Below, in pieces: positions 26,431-39,911 of a stretch of DNA of 64,000 nt. Origin of the DNA: Ginglymostoma cirratum (Eukaryota); contig JAHRHZ010000145.1 in assembly GCA_024137785.1 (NCBI GenBank), forward strand, positions 32,113,336 to 32,177,335, written 5' to 3'. Made by a program: the position numbers and the translations under genes. Numbering within the stretch: the first letter of the stretch is position 1; every line of letters starts with the position of its first letter. Under the pieces are notes generated by a model. That model did no database searches, had not been told where the DNA came from, and was given only the letters and a program-made list of their open reading frames with translations.

Positions 26431-28327
26431 TCTCAATTGATTCTTTCAAACTTCTTGTCATTGTCCACGTCATTCAGGCCCTTGTAAGATTCCAACCATA
26501 AGAACAAAAATTTCTAATTTCATATTTATTTGGGTGAACAATCTCCATAGCAGATATTCCTTAGAAATATTGTTCTACCAATAGTGAAAAAAATCTAAGT
26601 TGATTGCATATTACTAACAGCACAACAGACCATGGCACAAAAACAACATAGCTATAGTGCAAGCATGTAGTGCAAGTAACATCACTGGGCTTTTATGGGC
26701 TCAAGAAAGCATTGGTATAAGTTCTATTTCACAGAATTCTGTGTTTTCAAAGGAGGGCTTATGGTAAAACAGCTCACCATCTTTGGATTAGGATATGAAT
26801 GGCTTTCCTGCAAATTTTAAAATGAGACTTACTTGCAGTGGTGAAAATTTATACTAATTAATCTTATAAATAGTTTAACAAACTGCCAAATTACGCATAC
26901 TCAAATAATTCCCAATAGTCCAGAAATACATAACTTTTGTTATCTTCTCTCACTCATAGGTGTTTTACTAAGGTTTGTTGGAAGCTACCAACCACAATCA
27001 TGTATTAATATTGTAGATGTGTTTACTCGCAGATGTGTTAAATGTGCACTTTTTTGACTTCAGCATTTTGTTAACAAAGGTATGTGCCATTGTGTAATTA
27101 AGGGGAATTGACTCATGTCTGAGTTTTAACTTATCCATCTGATTTTCTTAAATATAAGTGAATATAACCCTTTCATATTGAAGTAATTTGACTACAGGTG
27201 ATTCTAACACTTTTTTCCAAAAAATGCTGAATGGTAATATAATGCCCAGCAGTAGTTTACAGGGCTATAATCCAATCAAAAGATACAGACGATATAAGAT
27301 ACGGAGAGCACAGTTCAAGCAGCTTTACTGATATCTGAACCCCTGTTTGCCAGCTGGAACATTACTTCAGACATTTTTATGCCTGAAGTGGAGGGATTTT
27401 ATTCACTATACTCACATCTTCTCTGACATGGTGTGCTTATTATTTGTGGCATCACTAGTTTAAAAAAAGTAGTGTAGCATCTCCATAGAAAAGTAGTGGC
27501 TGCCTACAAATATTCAAGCTATCACGAAGTAATGTGTGATTTCAAAATAGCACAGTCCAAAAGCTCTGTACTGTAGAATTTTATACAGAATCAAGTCAAG
27601 ACCGTTAATTCATTAGTTAGCTTCTTTCATATTCTCACTTTTTTAATGCAAGCTAAGTACATTGCCACATCAATTCATACAATAGTTATAATTTCTATAT
27701 CAATTTCCATCATTATTTAAAGTTCGGATGCATAAGAGTAAATTAATTAATTCTGCTCTGAGCTGTGCATAAAAAGACTGGAGATTGGAGAAGGGATTCC
27801 CAAACTAAAGTCTCAGTTCTCCACCATGTGCTTCCATTGAGCACAAAGTAGCTTCAATGAGTTTGTATTATTACTTTGTTGTTTATGAAGCATGACTCTG
27901 CCACATGTCCTTGTTGGTCTCTGCTTTGATAAATCTTAGTCGTTTGTCCTGAGACCATTGTATCTCCTTAGCTTGCTGTCATCAAATGGTACTGTTGATA
28001 AAATAACAACACAATAGAAAAAAGCAGAGCCAATGGAGAAGTAAATTGTCTTGTATTGCCCTGAGTCATGTAGAGCACAAAAATCGCAGGTTTGATCCCA
28101 GTTATGTGTAATCTCAGACAGGGAAGCTGCGGGATAACTGTAATTCACTCCCTTGTCCCTGATTCACATGTAATGAATACTCACTGAGAAGACTTGCCAG
28201 ATGGCTAGTGTCTCTAAAACCTCAACCCAACATCAGCCAGATCATTCACAAGTGTCGATAAAAGAAAATTGTGATGACATACATCACTGTTACACTCATT
28301 CATCTCCTGTGACATTGCAAACATCAG

Positions 28328-28533
28328 GAGCAGAATCTTCTACCCTCTCCATGCTAGGGAACAGAGGCAGGCAGATGCTAAAATTTGCACTACTAAGTGA
28401 GTGTGCCAGCTCCTCAGCTCCTGCCCCAGGAGTATTCAATCGATCCTGAAAAGGACCAAATAAAGGAGCTGGATTGGATTTTCCAGGTTGCCCCTGCACA
28501 GCCCTCACCACCTCCCCACTGCGCCCCACCACC

Positions 28534-28570
<37 letters not shown>

Positions 28571-29015
28571 AGATGGTTGGGATAGTTTAGCTGGCTAGAG
28601 GTGGCCACTAATAGCAAAACAGGGCAAAAGCTTCACAAACATAGAGGCTATCCCTGGGTCCACTGGCAGCTGCAGGCTCTACTCCGGAGAGATTCTATCA
28701 ACTATACCATTCCCCACTGTAGTTGTGGTTCAGCATCAAAGGCCTTTCTCACGTTAAATTTTGAGAAAGCTGGATACAGGACATTTCCATTTTAAAAGGA
28801 CCCTTTTTTTTCTCACTTAGCTGTCTGCCATCTTGCTGTTGTTTCCACATTGCTTCAAGATTTCATCCACTGACTCAACGGAATGGCAAGTTCACTTTTT
28901 GGTCAAAAATTGGCCAACCTGGGTGTAGCAATGCTATTTTCTACTTCGTGCAAACTTGTAACCTCCATTTGAACGTGATGGCAGAGCACCTGATGCCCAT
29001 AGGAAAATCTTGCCC
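28328..29015. mobile_element. Non-autonomous Harbinger-type element (MITE-like) with a probable CAG target-site duplication
   Basis: cag|gagcagaatcttc ... gaaaatcttgccc|cag; imperfect TIRs; internal (CA)n at 28536-28568. Confidence 0.55.
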
Positions 29016-30617
29016 CAGATAGTGATTCAAAGGAAAAATCCAAAACAAAGCAGAAGCACAGAATACGGATTGGGGATAGCCTGAACATCTTTGTGCTTCC
29101 CTTTGAATATAAACAAAGCTTTCCGTTCAACTATGTTGAAAACCAAATGAAATGCCAGCAATGACCAAGCATGTACTACGACAGCTGAGACTGGTATTAG
29201 ACTGTACAAGTGTGTGAATTGAGGTCTTAGAGCCAATTGCGGACCCTGTTGCAAATTTGGTTGAACTGGTTGCTCAGCAGATCAACCTTGACGAGATAAT
29301 TGCAGGCCGACCTGAAAATATAAGAAAACATCTTTCTGGTTTCATTCCTGTGGACAATTGTCATCCACTGCATTCTGGCTTCATGCAGCTGAAGTCCAAA
29401 GTGCTATTGAATGGACTTTAGGCCATTCAGAATCCAAATCGAATAACACAGCTTATTCTGTGCTAAAAACTGGGCTACTTAATTGAATCCTCTGATAGCT
29501 TTGATTTTGAATGATTTAAAAAAATTGTTGGATTACTCCTAAAAAGCGAAACAGTTTGAAGTTACTTCCTCAATGAGTGGGTGGCACCGTTAGAAATTAT
29601 GTATTAAATCTGGGTGACAGTGGGAGGTGAGATAAACAAAGCCCTCTGTTTATAGTATAATCACTTTAAATCCATTATTTATTTACAAATGAAATACAGT
29701 GTACTATAAAGCCTAAGAGGGGAGCAGATGTCATTGTCATCAGACATTTCCCTGCTATGTTCTCCCGTGAAATTTCAATGCAGTGACAGCTGTGGCATTG
29801 TGATGTGCTGAAAGCACATCAACATTTTTTTTACATCATTGAAGATACCAATGTCGGCATTCAAATGAAATATAAATCTGGAGTGTTACTGGTGCCTGTA
29901 TTACAAAACGAAGGAGTGAAACAAACTTTCATCAATTGAACAAGGGTATAAAGTTAAATACGCAGAGATTGTTTTGCATTATACAGGATTTGGAAGAAGA
30001 AGACAATAAAGTGGGCCATGTTAAACAGCATCTTAACTATATGATGGCAAAAGTATGTTACTTGAATGCATGATGCATGAAAGAGCTATATGAATTCAGC
30101 TCTATATTTGTACTCCTAGATGAAAAGGTATTAAACCTGGCTGCGGTAGACTGAGGAAACTTAAATGATGATGCAATGGAGCAAGTATTTTCTCATGTCA
30201 TTTATCAAGAGATCTGCTATTTCCTAATTAAAGTGGTAAGGCCTATCATATGATGTGTAGAATGCCTGTGTCTATTATAACCCTTTTTCCTGCTGAACCA
30301 CTCAAAACACTCCCCATTCTTCATCATAAACTGATACTACGAATGAATACCAAGTTCTGCTTTCATTTCAAATGATAATATTTTAAATCAGTTCACCAAT
30401 GCAGTTCTATTTTAAGGAGGTTTAAAATTAATAAAGCATCATCTTTTCACAGACTATTCTTCTTTAATGAATATATCTGGATAAAATGTGCTTTGTTTTA
30501 ATAGAAATTTAAACAGCCCAGTGTGATATAACAGCAGTTACAAATAAAGATTCACAACATTGCGCAAAATTGTTCCAAATCCTATCACTTTTTTATCTGT
30601 TGAAATTATACTTGGTT

Positions 30618-30830
30618 ATAACAAGCATGGGGCTGGATGAACACAGCAGGTCAAGCAGCATCATAGGAGCAGGAAAACTTGACGTTTCGGGCCTAAACCC
30701 TTTCTGATGAAGGGTCTAGGCCCGAAACGTCAAGTTTTCCTGCTCCTATGATGCTGCTTGACCTGCTGTGTTCATCCAGCCCCATGCTTGTTATCTCGGA
30801 TTCTCCAGCATCTGCAGTACCTTTTATCTC
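30618..30830 (+). mobile_element. Penelope-derived insertion: 85-bp inverted repeat plus tail, flanked by a TSD
   Basis: Arms 30618-30702 and 30710-30794 (one mismatch) with a 7-nt loop; flanking ttatacttggtt(ata) at 30606 and 30831; core CTGATGA-A-GGGTCTAGGCCC-GAAACGTC. Confidence 0.9.
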
Positions 30831-31489
30831 TTATACTTGGTTATACTTAGTTATTGGCAGCTCTTTCATTACCTCAGCATCATAATGCAAAATAATCATC
30901 AATAAAACAACTAATATAGTTAAGCAATAATAGACACATGTTTGCATTTTGCTGAAGAGCTAAGAATAGTTCACTTGTTTGAGGACAAAGTCACAAAATG
31001 AATCCTTTAATTGATGCAATTATTCTCACTTCACTGCCAAGTACAAATGCAAACATGCTATCAATATGTCAAGGGCTACCTTGTTCCGAATGGCATATTC
31101 CCCCTTTCGATGTTATTAATTTCACCTGACTTCAGTATACAATGTATTTGTAGTAATATATACCGTATAGCTCTCTAAAATTGACTGAAGTAGTATAGAT
31201 CATAAAATTATAGCCTTGCCTGAATATCCGAGCACATCATTGAATGCACGGAAACATTTTTTTAGCACTTTTCTGTGCCTTTCAACTGAGAGTAAAAGCT
31301 GGAGATTTTGCATCAGATGGCTTCAATCTTTTAGGCCCACATCTGTGCACTGCCTGCTGTGGTAACAACCTGTCATATACGGGCATCACCACTGTACAGA
31401 GATATTATAATATCTTAAAATTTAAATTTCAACCAATCAAAATGCAATAGACTCCCCAAGTATGGTAGCTAATTCGAACCTAACTGTTC

Positions 31490-31645
31490 AGTCTTGCTGC
31501 AGTGGTGGCACTTACCTAAGAGTCAAAAAGTTATAGGTTCAAATCCCACTGCAGAGACCTGAGGCCAGGTTTGCATTTCAATGTTGTACTGTTGGAATGC
31601 TGCACAGTCAGACATGCTGTCTTTCAAATAATTTGTTAAACCCAT
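31490..31645 (+). mobile_element. DeuSINE (SacSINE1/AmnSINE1-like) 5' half
   Basis: cagtggtggcactt...gagtcaaaaagttataggttcaaatcccact...gtactgttggaatgctgcacagtcagacatgctgtctttc...gttaaacc. Confidence 0.65.
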
Positions 31646-32729
31646 GAGACAAGCCAGATTTTTGCTACTGCTTCAGGGAGCTTGAGCCCATTTAGACCCA
31701 ATTTCTGCTTTGGGAATTAGGAATAGAATATGTTTGGGCTTCCCAATGCCTGATGCAAACCTTAGGGTGAGTGAGCACCAAGGAAGGCTGGTTAAAAGGC
31801 CTACCTCAGTTTTCTGGGATTTAACAAGTTTCTTTTACAAGATTGTATACCAGCTGGACCTTGTGACTCACACCCTCTCAAACCTCACTCACTCACATGT
31901 TCCCTCCTTTCTAACTGATGACCCCATATCCCAACAACCTTCATTTCCCATCAGCCATCACCCAGTAGTCATCATGGACAAACATCAGGGATGATGTGTA
32001 ATGAACATAAATAAAGTTCTAATCATCTTATACAGCTGCCATGCCTACACACTTGATAGCGAATAAACTTCCTTTCATGAAACCCATTTAGAGCTTTTAA
32101 ATTTCCTCCAGTGGTTAAACCTTTATGAAAATGAATCAATGTCTATTCTGACCCCACATCAAAATGGCTAATCTTTTAATATCCTCTGTAAATTGTCAAC
32201 TGAAATATGAACTCAGAACACCCACTAGGATAACTGTAGTCTTTGAAACACAAAGGAAATTCACATTAGTCCTTAGACAATGTCAACAAAGTCTGTCTCA
32301 CAATTTGACGGTAATTTTTTTCTAACCTACACCAGATGGCCTGTAAATCAAAGCAATCTAGTTAAATTCTATTTTTCACGCCCACTAAAATCTTACACCT
32401 GATTTTCTTTCTACGGTCATGACAGTCAGTCAAATATTACCCTCACTTTAAAAAGTATTAAGGTCTGCATCACCAGTTTGTAATTCACACTCATAACAGC
32501 CAAAATTGGATCTTATTGAATTCAGTGTTAAGTTCAAGTGGTACAGTTGAGTTCAGCTTTCTCTCTTGAATGATTTGTGTCCTGCCCTCTTCTGCCTGCT
32601 AAGAAAAATTGGGACTGTCAGAAATGATTGTGATTACCTTCCGCATCCAGGTCCTGACCATCATTTTCAAAGGTCTGCAGAGTCAGCTCGACTCTGTGAA
32701 TAGCAGGACCTTCATCCTGACTAAAGCTA

Positions 32730-32975
32730 ACATCCCATGGGACTATTGACAGAAGTCTGATGGAGTTGTTCTTTTATACTGACCAACACTTGCCCGTCAA
32801 CCTATATCACTAAAACAAAATACCTTTCAAATATCTCATTTCTTTGCAGAACATCAATAAGTTTAAATGGACTCCTGCACTTCCCTATATTCCAACTGCA
32901 ATTACACCTCAGAAGCACTTGATTAACTGTGAAGTACATTGGGTGTCCTGAGATCATGAAAGATACTTTCTGTTT
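32730..32975 (+). mobile_element. DeuSINE 3' half
   Basis: atcccatgggactatt...atcactaaaaca...attacacctcagaagcacttgattaactgtgaagtacattgggtgtcctgagatcatgaaag. Confidence 0.6.
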
Positions 32976-35259
32976 AAATATAATATCTTTATTTTTAAAT
33001 CATTGGACCGTACTTTGTTAAGCTTATGACATTCAAGCTATCAATTAAACTGAAATTTAAAGATCCTGAGAGGTTTTCTTGCTTTGAATGCAGATAATGT
33101 CACCACTACATCTGAGATTTCAAGCCTTTTGTGAATAAAAAATTATAAAACAGGAGGATTACATAATAGCTGAAAAGAAATGCAATGAATATTAATTATA
33201 CTAGATTTAGCGAAGGATGGAGGAGCTGAATAATGAGACATAAACCCCTGAATGTAATCCGAAAATTTCAAAGAAACAAGAATACAAATGTAAACAGATA
33301 TAATTCACAAACCAATCTGGTCATTTAATTGTCCTACTTTACAAAAGAAAGAATTGAGCTTTGGTTGCTTATTTGTATTCACTAATTTGAGCTTCAACAT
33401 TCTGTCATCAATGCTTCACAAGTCTATGTTGGGTTTTGGTGCCTGTGTAAGAATATAAAAAAATGTAACTAATGTTGACTGAAATAAATGATGGACATAT
33501 GTTATTTAAGACCATTAACCCATGTATAAAGAGGGATTTAGTTTAATCCACATTTAGAAAAAGATTATGCAACAACTTGTAAATGCTGCCCTATCCAGGA
33601 AACATATTTTTGACCCTCTGGCTAAGTCAGTCTTAAAGGGATTGTTCCAATGAATTTAAAGTGATTTGTATTACCATTGTTATGTCTAGTTACTGGTTTA
33701 AAGTGCTTAAGATCATAATGAGTTTTTACAAAATATGTCCATAAATTTTATCCTTTGTGCTATGCGTGCCTCAGTTGCTAGTGGTCTTCCTTCTAAACAA
33801 GTTAAGCCTACAGTTCAAGCCCCACACCATGGCTTAGCAGCCATGGAAGCGACATTGTCATGAGTGAAAGCTGGTTATTAATCAGGCTAGAAAATTCTTC
33901 TAACTCTCGGCACTATTCACTAATGGAGACACAAATGTAACAATATAAACAGACACCATTTAGTCTTTAGCTCTTCTCTTTCAAGTAAGCAGGTAACATA
34001 AGCAGCATTCAATTACTTCAGGTGGCAAAACTCGATAACTGAATCAGTTATTGTGCATTATTAGTATTGTCTTTTAACATGAACTGATACATTAGTCTTG
34101 AAATATATTATTTGTCATTCATCAGAAATGCAGAAAAACCTAAACATTTACATCATTTTCAGCTGCATATTTGTGTTGTGATACAGTCAAACTCCTTAGA
34201 TTAATAATATTAATATTTTAGAGGTAGCTGATGGACAGTCATGAGTGTGTTGTTGTTTAAGAGGAGTGTCTGGGTATGATGGGTTAATACTGAGGAATTA
34301 CTCAAGCATGATGATGTTATCTGCTTTTGTTATGAGAACACTTTAGGATCACAAAGGAGGAAATCCTATCATCTGTGTTTTCCTCATTGTTACAGTAACT
34401 ATCCATCATATTAATGTAATGTGCATATAATTGCTATTGTGTAATAAGCAACATCTCATAAAAAAACCTCTTCCTGTTAGATTGCCAAGTAGTTTTCCAC
34501 ACTAGAAGAACCCAACCCTGAAAGATGATGGTGGTGGTAAATACACCTTATAGCGAGCTGTAATACAGAGAACTCATACAATATGATGAGCAATAGTATA
34601 GATTGCTCATAGTGGCAAGTAGTGGCTCCAGTTAACTGGCCTCTAAAACCCTGGCAGTAGTGGAATCTTAGAAGTCCTTCAGGCACAGCTTTATAATGGC
34701 TGCCTATGTAGATAAGCAGCAGCAGGAAGAGTAGAAATTCTTCACAATTCTTCTCCAACTCATAAACTCTGCAAAAGAGATTATCGTGGCAAGATTCAAC
34801 CAGGCAGAACTGACAATCAATTGTGAAGGCCTTTCAGACCTGGTAAGAGGTGCACCGTAGTGAGAGAGTATTTGGAACTTCCTGGAGCTGGAATATTAGT
34901 CACTTTAAGGGAACTACAGATTACATTGTGGGCTGGTGGTGCAGGAGCAGTGCTAATTTGGTATTCAGACATGAGACAGCAAACAGACAGTGGAGACTGT
35001 GTCAGTAAAGTTAAAATCCACTACGAGCAAGGGAAAACTTTTTAATAGGCGCAGATTAACAGCCTGAGGAAGCAAAATGTGAGGGAAGACTCTCAGTCCC
35101 TGACGTCCCATGTTGATTACTATTACAGTGTAGAATAAAAGAAGGGATCTTCAATAGTGCTATCAGACAGCTCTTGCAAAGGAATATTCTGATCATTAAT
35201 GTTCATTCTGGGTTCTGCCAGCGCCTCTAAGCTCCTGATCTCATTGCAGCCTTAATTCA

Positions 35260-36385
35260 ATCATTAACAAAAGAGCTGAACTCCAAAGGTGAGGTTAGAG
35301 TGACTGCTCTTGGCATTAACACAGCATTCAACCAAGCACGGCATTAAGGAACCCAAGGAAAACAGGAGTGAATGGGAATCAGCAAGAAGATTAATTTCAA
35401 TTAAACCTAGCACAAAGAAAGATAGTTGTGATTGTTGGAGGTCCAGCATCTCACTTCCAGGAGGACGTTACTGCAGGAATTCCTCAGGGAAGTCCCCTGT
35501 GCTGAACTATTTTCAGCTTTTTAATCAATGACATTCCTCAATCAGAACATCAGAAGTAAGGATATTTGCTGATGGTTACAAAGTCGTTTTTTTAACTAGT
35601 TACTAAAGCAGTCTCCGTTATGTACAGCAAGACCTAGACAATAATTCAGTTTTGGACTGATTATTGGCAAACAACATTTGTACCACATAAGTACCAGACA
35701 ACGACTGTTTCAAACAAGACAGAATCTAACCAGCGTCCCTTGAAGTCCAATGGCATTACCATCAGTAAATCTCTACTATCAACTTCCTGAAGGTGACCAT
35801 TGATCAGAAACTGAACTGGAGAAGCCACATGAATGTTTTAGCTACAAAGCAGGTCAGATGCTAGGAATTTTATGGTCAGTAACTCACCTCCTGAATCTCC
35901 AATGCATGTCCACCATACAAAAGGCACAAGTAAGCAGTGAGAGGTAATATGCTCCAACTTGACAGCAGCCAGGGCAAAGCAGCCTACTTGATTGGCAGCC
36001 AACCTGTCTTCAAAATTCACTCCCTTCTCAACAGGCACACAGTGGAAGCAATGCGTACCATTTATAGTATGTACTGCAGTAGTTTAACAAGGTTCCGTCG
36101 ACAGCAACATCCAAACTCATGACCTCTATCAGGTAGAAGTACAAGGCTATCTGATGCATGGGAACGCCACATTTGTAAACCACACCAAGGCACATACCAC
36201 TCATCATGGAATTGCATTGTTATTCCTTTGCTGTCAATGAGTCAAAATCCTAGAACTCTCTTCCTAACAATTCTGTGGTGTCCATAACTAAGGCAGCTCA
36301 CACCCATCTTCACTATTCCAATTAGGGATGGGCAATAGATTCTAGCCTAGGCATCAATTCCTACATCTTATGAACAGATTTTAAA
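35260..36385 (+). mobile_element. LINE of the second (CR1/L2-group) family, RT to 3' end, decayed
   Basis: aggaattcctcaggga (GVPQGS), tttgctgatgg (FADD), cagaaactgaactgg (LNW), caccatacaaaaggcacaag (IYKAQV), and 3' end tagggatgggcaatagattct... Confidence 0.85.
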
Positions 36386-37721
36386 AGTGCTAGTCATATC
36401 AAACATTGCCACCATAACAAGCGAGAACCATAAGCCATTGCTACAATAAAAGAAATTAAGGGCAACATAAACAATTTGAAGTTATAGGCCCAGGAGTATC
36501 ACAAGGCCAGAATCAAAGCAACAAAAGAATATTTTAAAAACCTAAGCAGGCAATATCTAACGGTAGAAGAAAATTAGGACAGTGTCAAGGCTACAGAAAA
36601 GCAGGAGATGCATTACAAAACCACAGTGAAGGCAGGAAGCTTCTATTCAAACCAAAAATAGCAGGAATCATCTAGAGAAAGCTATTAAAGGAATGGGATT
36701 CATCATGGAAAAGGGTGAATCATGGGAGTTATTTATTGAAACAGTGATTAGAACAGAAATAATTTATTGAAACTGCAAGCAGTGGGATTCAGTCAGTAAA
36801 GCCATTAAGGAAACAGAAATTGGTTATTAAGGCCATCAGTAGCAGGAGTCATCCAGAGAAACCACAGAAAATGTCCACTTTACCTCCAAAAAGCAGTTAT
36901 CCTCCATTTTAATTGCAGAAGGCTACAACTCTGACTGTAGAAACAAAGGAGATCCTGCTGGTATAGCACAGCAGCAGCACTCCTGAAAAATTAAATACCT
37001 TTAAAGCAAAGGGAATAAATAATCATAGCTGAAACACGTTGGTACAAAAACAGCTTTAGCCCATTTAGTTTCAGAGATGGCTCAAAAAGAACATCAAGCG
37101 AGACATCTTGGAGAAAACAATTCTTGCGATACAAAGCAGTTTCCAAATTACATACTAAAATCCATTCCAAATGCAATTAAACATATAACAAAGGATCTTG
37201 TAGCTCAATAAATTATAAAAGGAACAACAAAATTTTTTTGCATAAGTATTGAAATCCCTTTCACCTCAGAACAAATGAAATTATTGAAAGAGCAAAATTT
37301 TAGCCATCAGAGGAATTCACAGATAATCTAAACATATGATCTCTACGCATTAGTTGAAAAATGCAAGTGTGGTAATTCAGAGTCAAAATTCATCAGAGAT
37401 GGAGCTGTTGTTGGAATTACTGATGAGTCTTTGACAAACTTATTGCAATGAAAAGAAGGTTTGACTGGAGAGAAAGCCATTCAAATGATGTATAAAGCCT
37501 ATGAGGGGAGCACCAACCTTATCGCAGGTGGTCAGCAAAATCCATTCAGTTCTTAATGTACAAAATTACATGTAAGAAATCAGTATAGTGAGTAGAAAGA
37601 CGTCAGATACTAACCAACATTGTCAGGGGTATGCAGCATGGATATCTCACAGGCACAACTAGCGCCCAGCTATTCAATAAGAATATTTTATCTATAAAAC
37701 AATAAGTAATTTTCAGGAAAG

Positions 37722-38067
37722 CATAGAATCTCTACAGTGATGGAAGCAAGCCATTGAGTCCATTGAGTCCACACTGACCCTTTGAACAGCATCCCACACA
37801 GACCCGCTCCCTTACCCTATCCCTCCTCACCCCACATTTCCCATGGCTAATCCATCTAACCTATACATCCTTGGACACTATGGGCAATTTAGCATGGCCA
37901 ATCCATCTAACCTGCACATCTTTTGGACTGTGGGAGGAAACCGGAGCACCCAGAGGAAATGCACGCAGACATGGGGGCAAACGTGCAAACTCCACACAGA
38001 CAGTTGCCCGAGGGTGGAATGGATTCTGGATCCCTGACACTGTGAGGCACCAGTACTAAACACTGAG
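37722..38067 (-). mobile_element. HE1-type V-SINE nested in Gypsy
   Basis: catagaatctctacagtg...gggcaatttagcatggccaatcc...gtgcaaactccacacagacag. Confidence 0.92.
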
Positions 38068-38164
38068 ATGCTGAAGATGGTAGTTGACAAAGGCACAGAG
38101 CAGTTAGATATCTAATAGTCTCTCAGAAAAAAAACCTTCATGAGCTAAAACAGGTTACAGCAGA

Positions 38165-38944
38165 AGGGGAGCTAGCCAATTGGATACAAAATTGGCTTGA
38201 AAGTAGGAGACAGAGGATGGTCGTAGAGGGTTGTTTTACAGATTGGAGGTCTGTGACCAGTGGTGTGCCACAAGAATCAGTGCTGGGTCCACTGTATTTC
38301 ATCATTTATATAAATGATTTGGATGTGAATATAAAAGGTGTGGTTAGTAAGTTTGTAGATGACACCAAAATTAGTGGTGTAGTGGACAGTGAAGGTTATC
38401 TCAGAGTATGACAGGACCGTGATCAAAAGGGCCAATCTGCCGAGGAGTGGCAGATGAAGTTTAATTCAGAAAAATGTGAAGTGTTGCATTTTGGTAATGC
38501 AAACAAGGGCAAGATTTATACAGTTAATGGTAGGGCCCTGGGGAGTGTTGCTGAACAAAGAGACCTAGGGGTGGAATGTTGGAGGCTGAGGTTTATAAAA
38601 TCATGAGGGACATGGATAAGTGAATAGCCAAGGTCTTTCTCCTAGGGTAGGGGAGTCCAATAGTAGAGGGCATAGGTTTAAGGTGAGAGGGAGAGATTAA
38701 AAAGGGACTTGAGGGGCAACATTTTCACACAACAGGTGGTGCATGTATGGAATGAGCTACCAGGGGAGCCGGGTACAATTACAACATTTAAAAGGTATCT
38801 GGATCGGCGCATGAATAGGAAGGGTTTAGAGTGATATGGGCCAAAAGCTGGCAAATGGGGCTGATCTCTTTAGGATATCTGGTTGGCACGGAAGAGTTGG
38901 ACCAAAGGGTCTGTTCCCATGCTGTATAGTTCTACCACTCTATA
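38165..38944 (+). mobile_element. CR1 LINE 3' portion nested in Gypsy
   Basis: VVEGCFTDWRSVTSGVPQESVLGPLYFIIYINDLD...SKFVDDTKI, FNSEKCEVLHFG, and 3' UTR gagttggaccaaagggtctgtt. Confidence 0.95.
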
Positions 38945-39911
38945 AAAGCCAAAGGTATTCCTTGAAGAAATGGGGGCTTCAAACCTAGTCCTTTGGCAGA
39001 GAGATATTTATATCAATTGCTGTTTCATTAATTTCAAGTTTGACACAAAGCAAGTATCACTGTATAGTACAAAATGGTTGAAGAAACATTCCCTACAGCT
39101 AACAACAGTGTAAGTAGAAAGTCCAGGAGCTTTTAAGATTAAAGCTATGCTTCAAGCGACTTTCTGACACAAAGGGTGCCATATGAAAGAGAACTTACAT
39201 GTACTTCACGATCTAACATTCTCGTACTTGAGCAAAAATGTGTCAAAGAGGTCCCACAGCAAAAGGTAAGGAGCTCCTTTGAGCAGGGTTGCCTTAAATT
39301 ATTTGATAAATTAGGATAGTTCAACACTGAATACAGCATTACACTAAATAAATATAATAGATTATTATGTCTCTACACACCACAAAGTTTCTGCAGCCTT
39401 TAGTGAAACAAGTCGAGAAACAAATTGAAGGGATGACTAGGAAGCGTGCCACTTCACTTGTAATGAAAATACTGATTGATGTTTGGGCATTTATCTGTAT
39501 CCAAACCCAATGTGTCAAGCCAAATTTGTGCAAAGCTCACACAACTCAACGAGATAGTTGTGAGAGAAATCCATCCTATGTCTACAGTTAATGAGAATTT
39601 AGCAAAATTATCCAGAAGTAGAGTTTTCATGAAACTCGATGCCAACAGTAAATTCTGACAGGTATGACTGAATGAACAGTTAAGATTCCTTATCATATTA
39701 ATAACTCCATTGGGAGGTTTTGCTTCAATTGACTGGCTTTCAAAAATTGCCTTGACCCACAGATTTTTCATTGAACTGTGTCTGATGTTCTACAAAGTCT
39801 CAAGGTGTCATGTGTCCCAAGGATGGCATATTGCTACATGCAGAAACAGTCCAGGAGCATGATCAGAGAGTGCATGAAGTTTTAAAGGGCTTGCCGCTAA
39901 ACATCTGAATT

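Noticed and set aside
30618-30794. Hairpin as a conserved miRNA gene, terminator or CRISPR repeat
   Set aside because: The arms are copies of a dispersed Penelope repeat with a TSD; eukaryotic context; no repeat-spacer array anywhere in the window.
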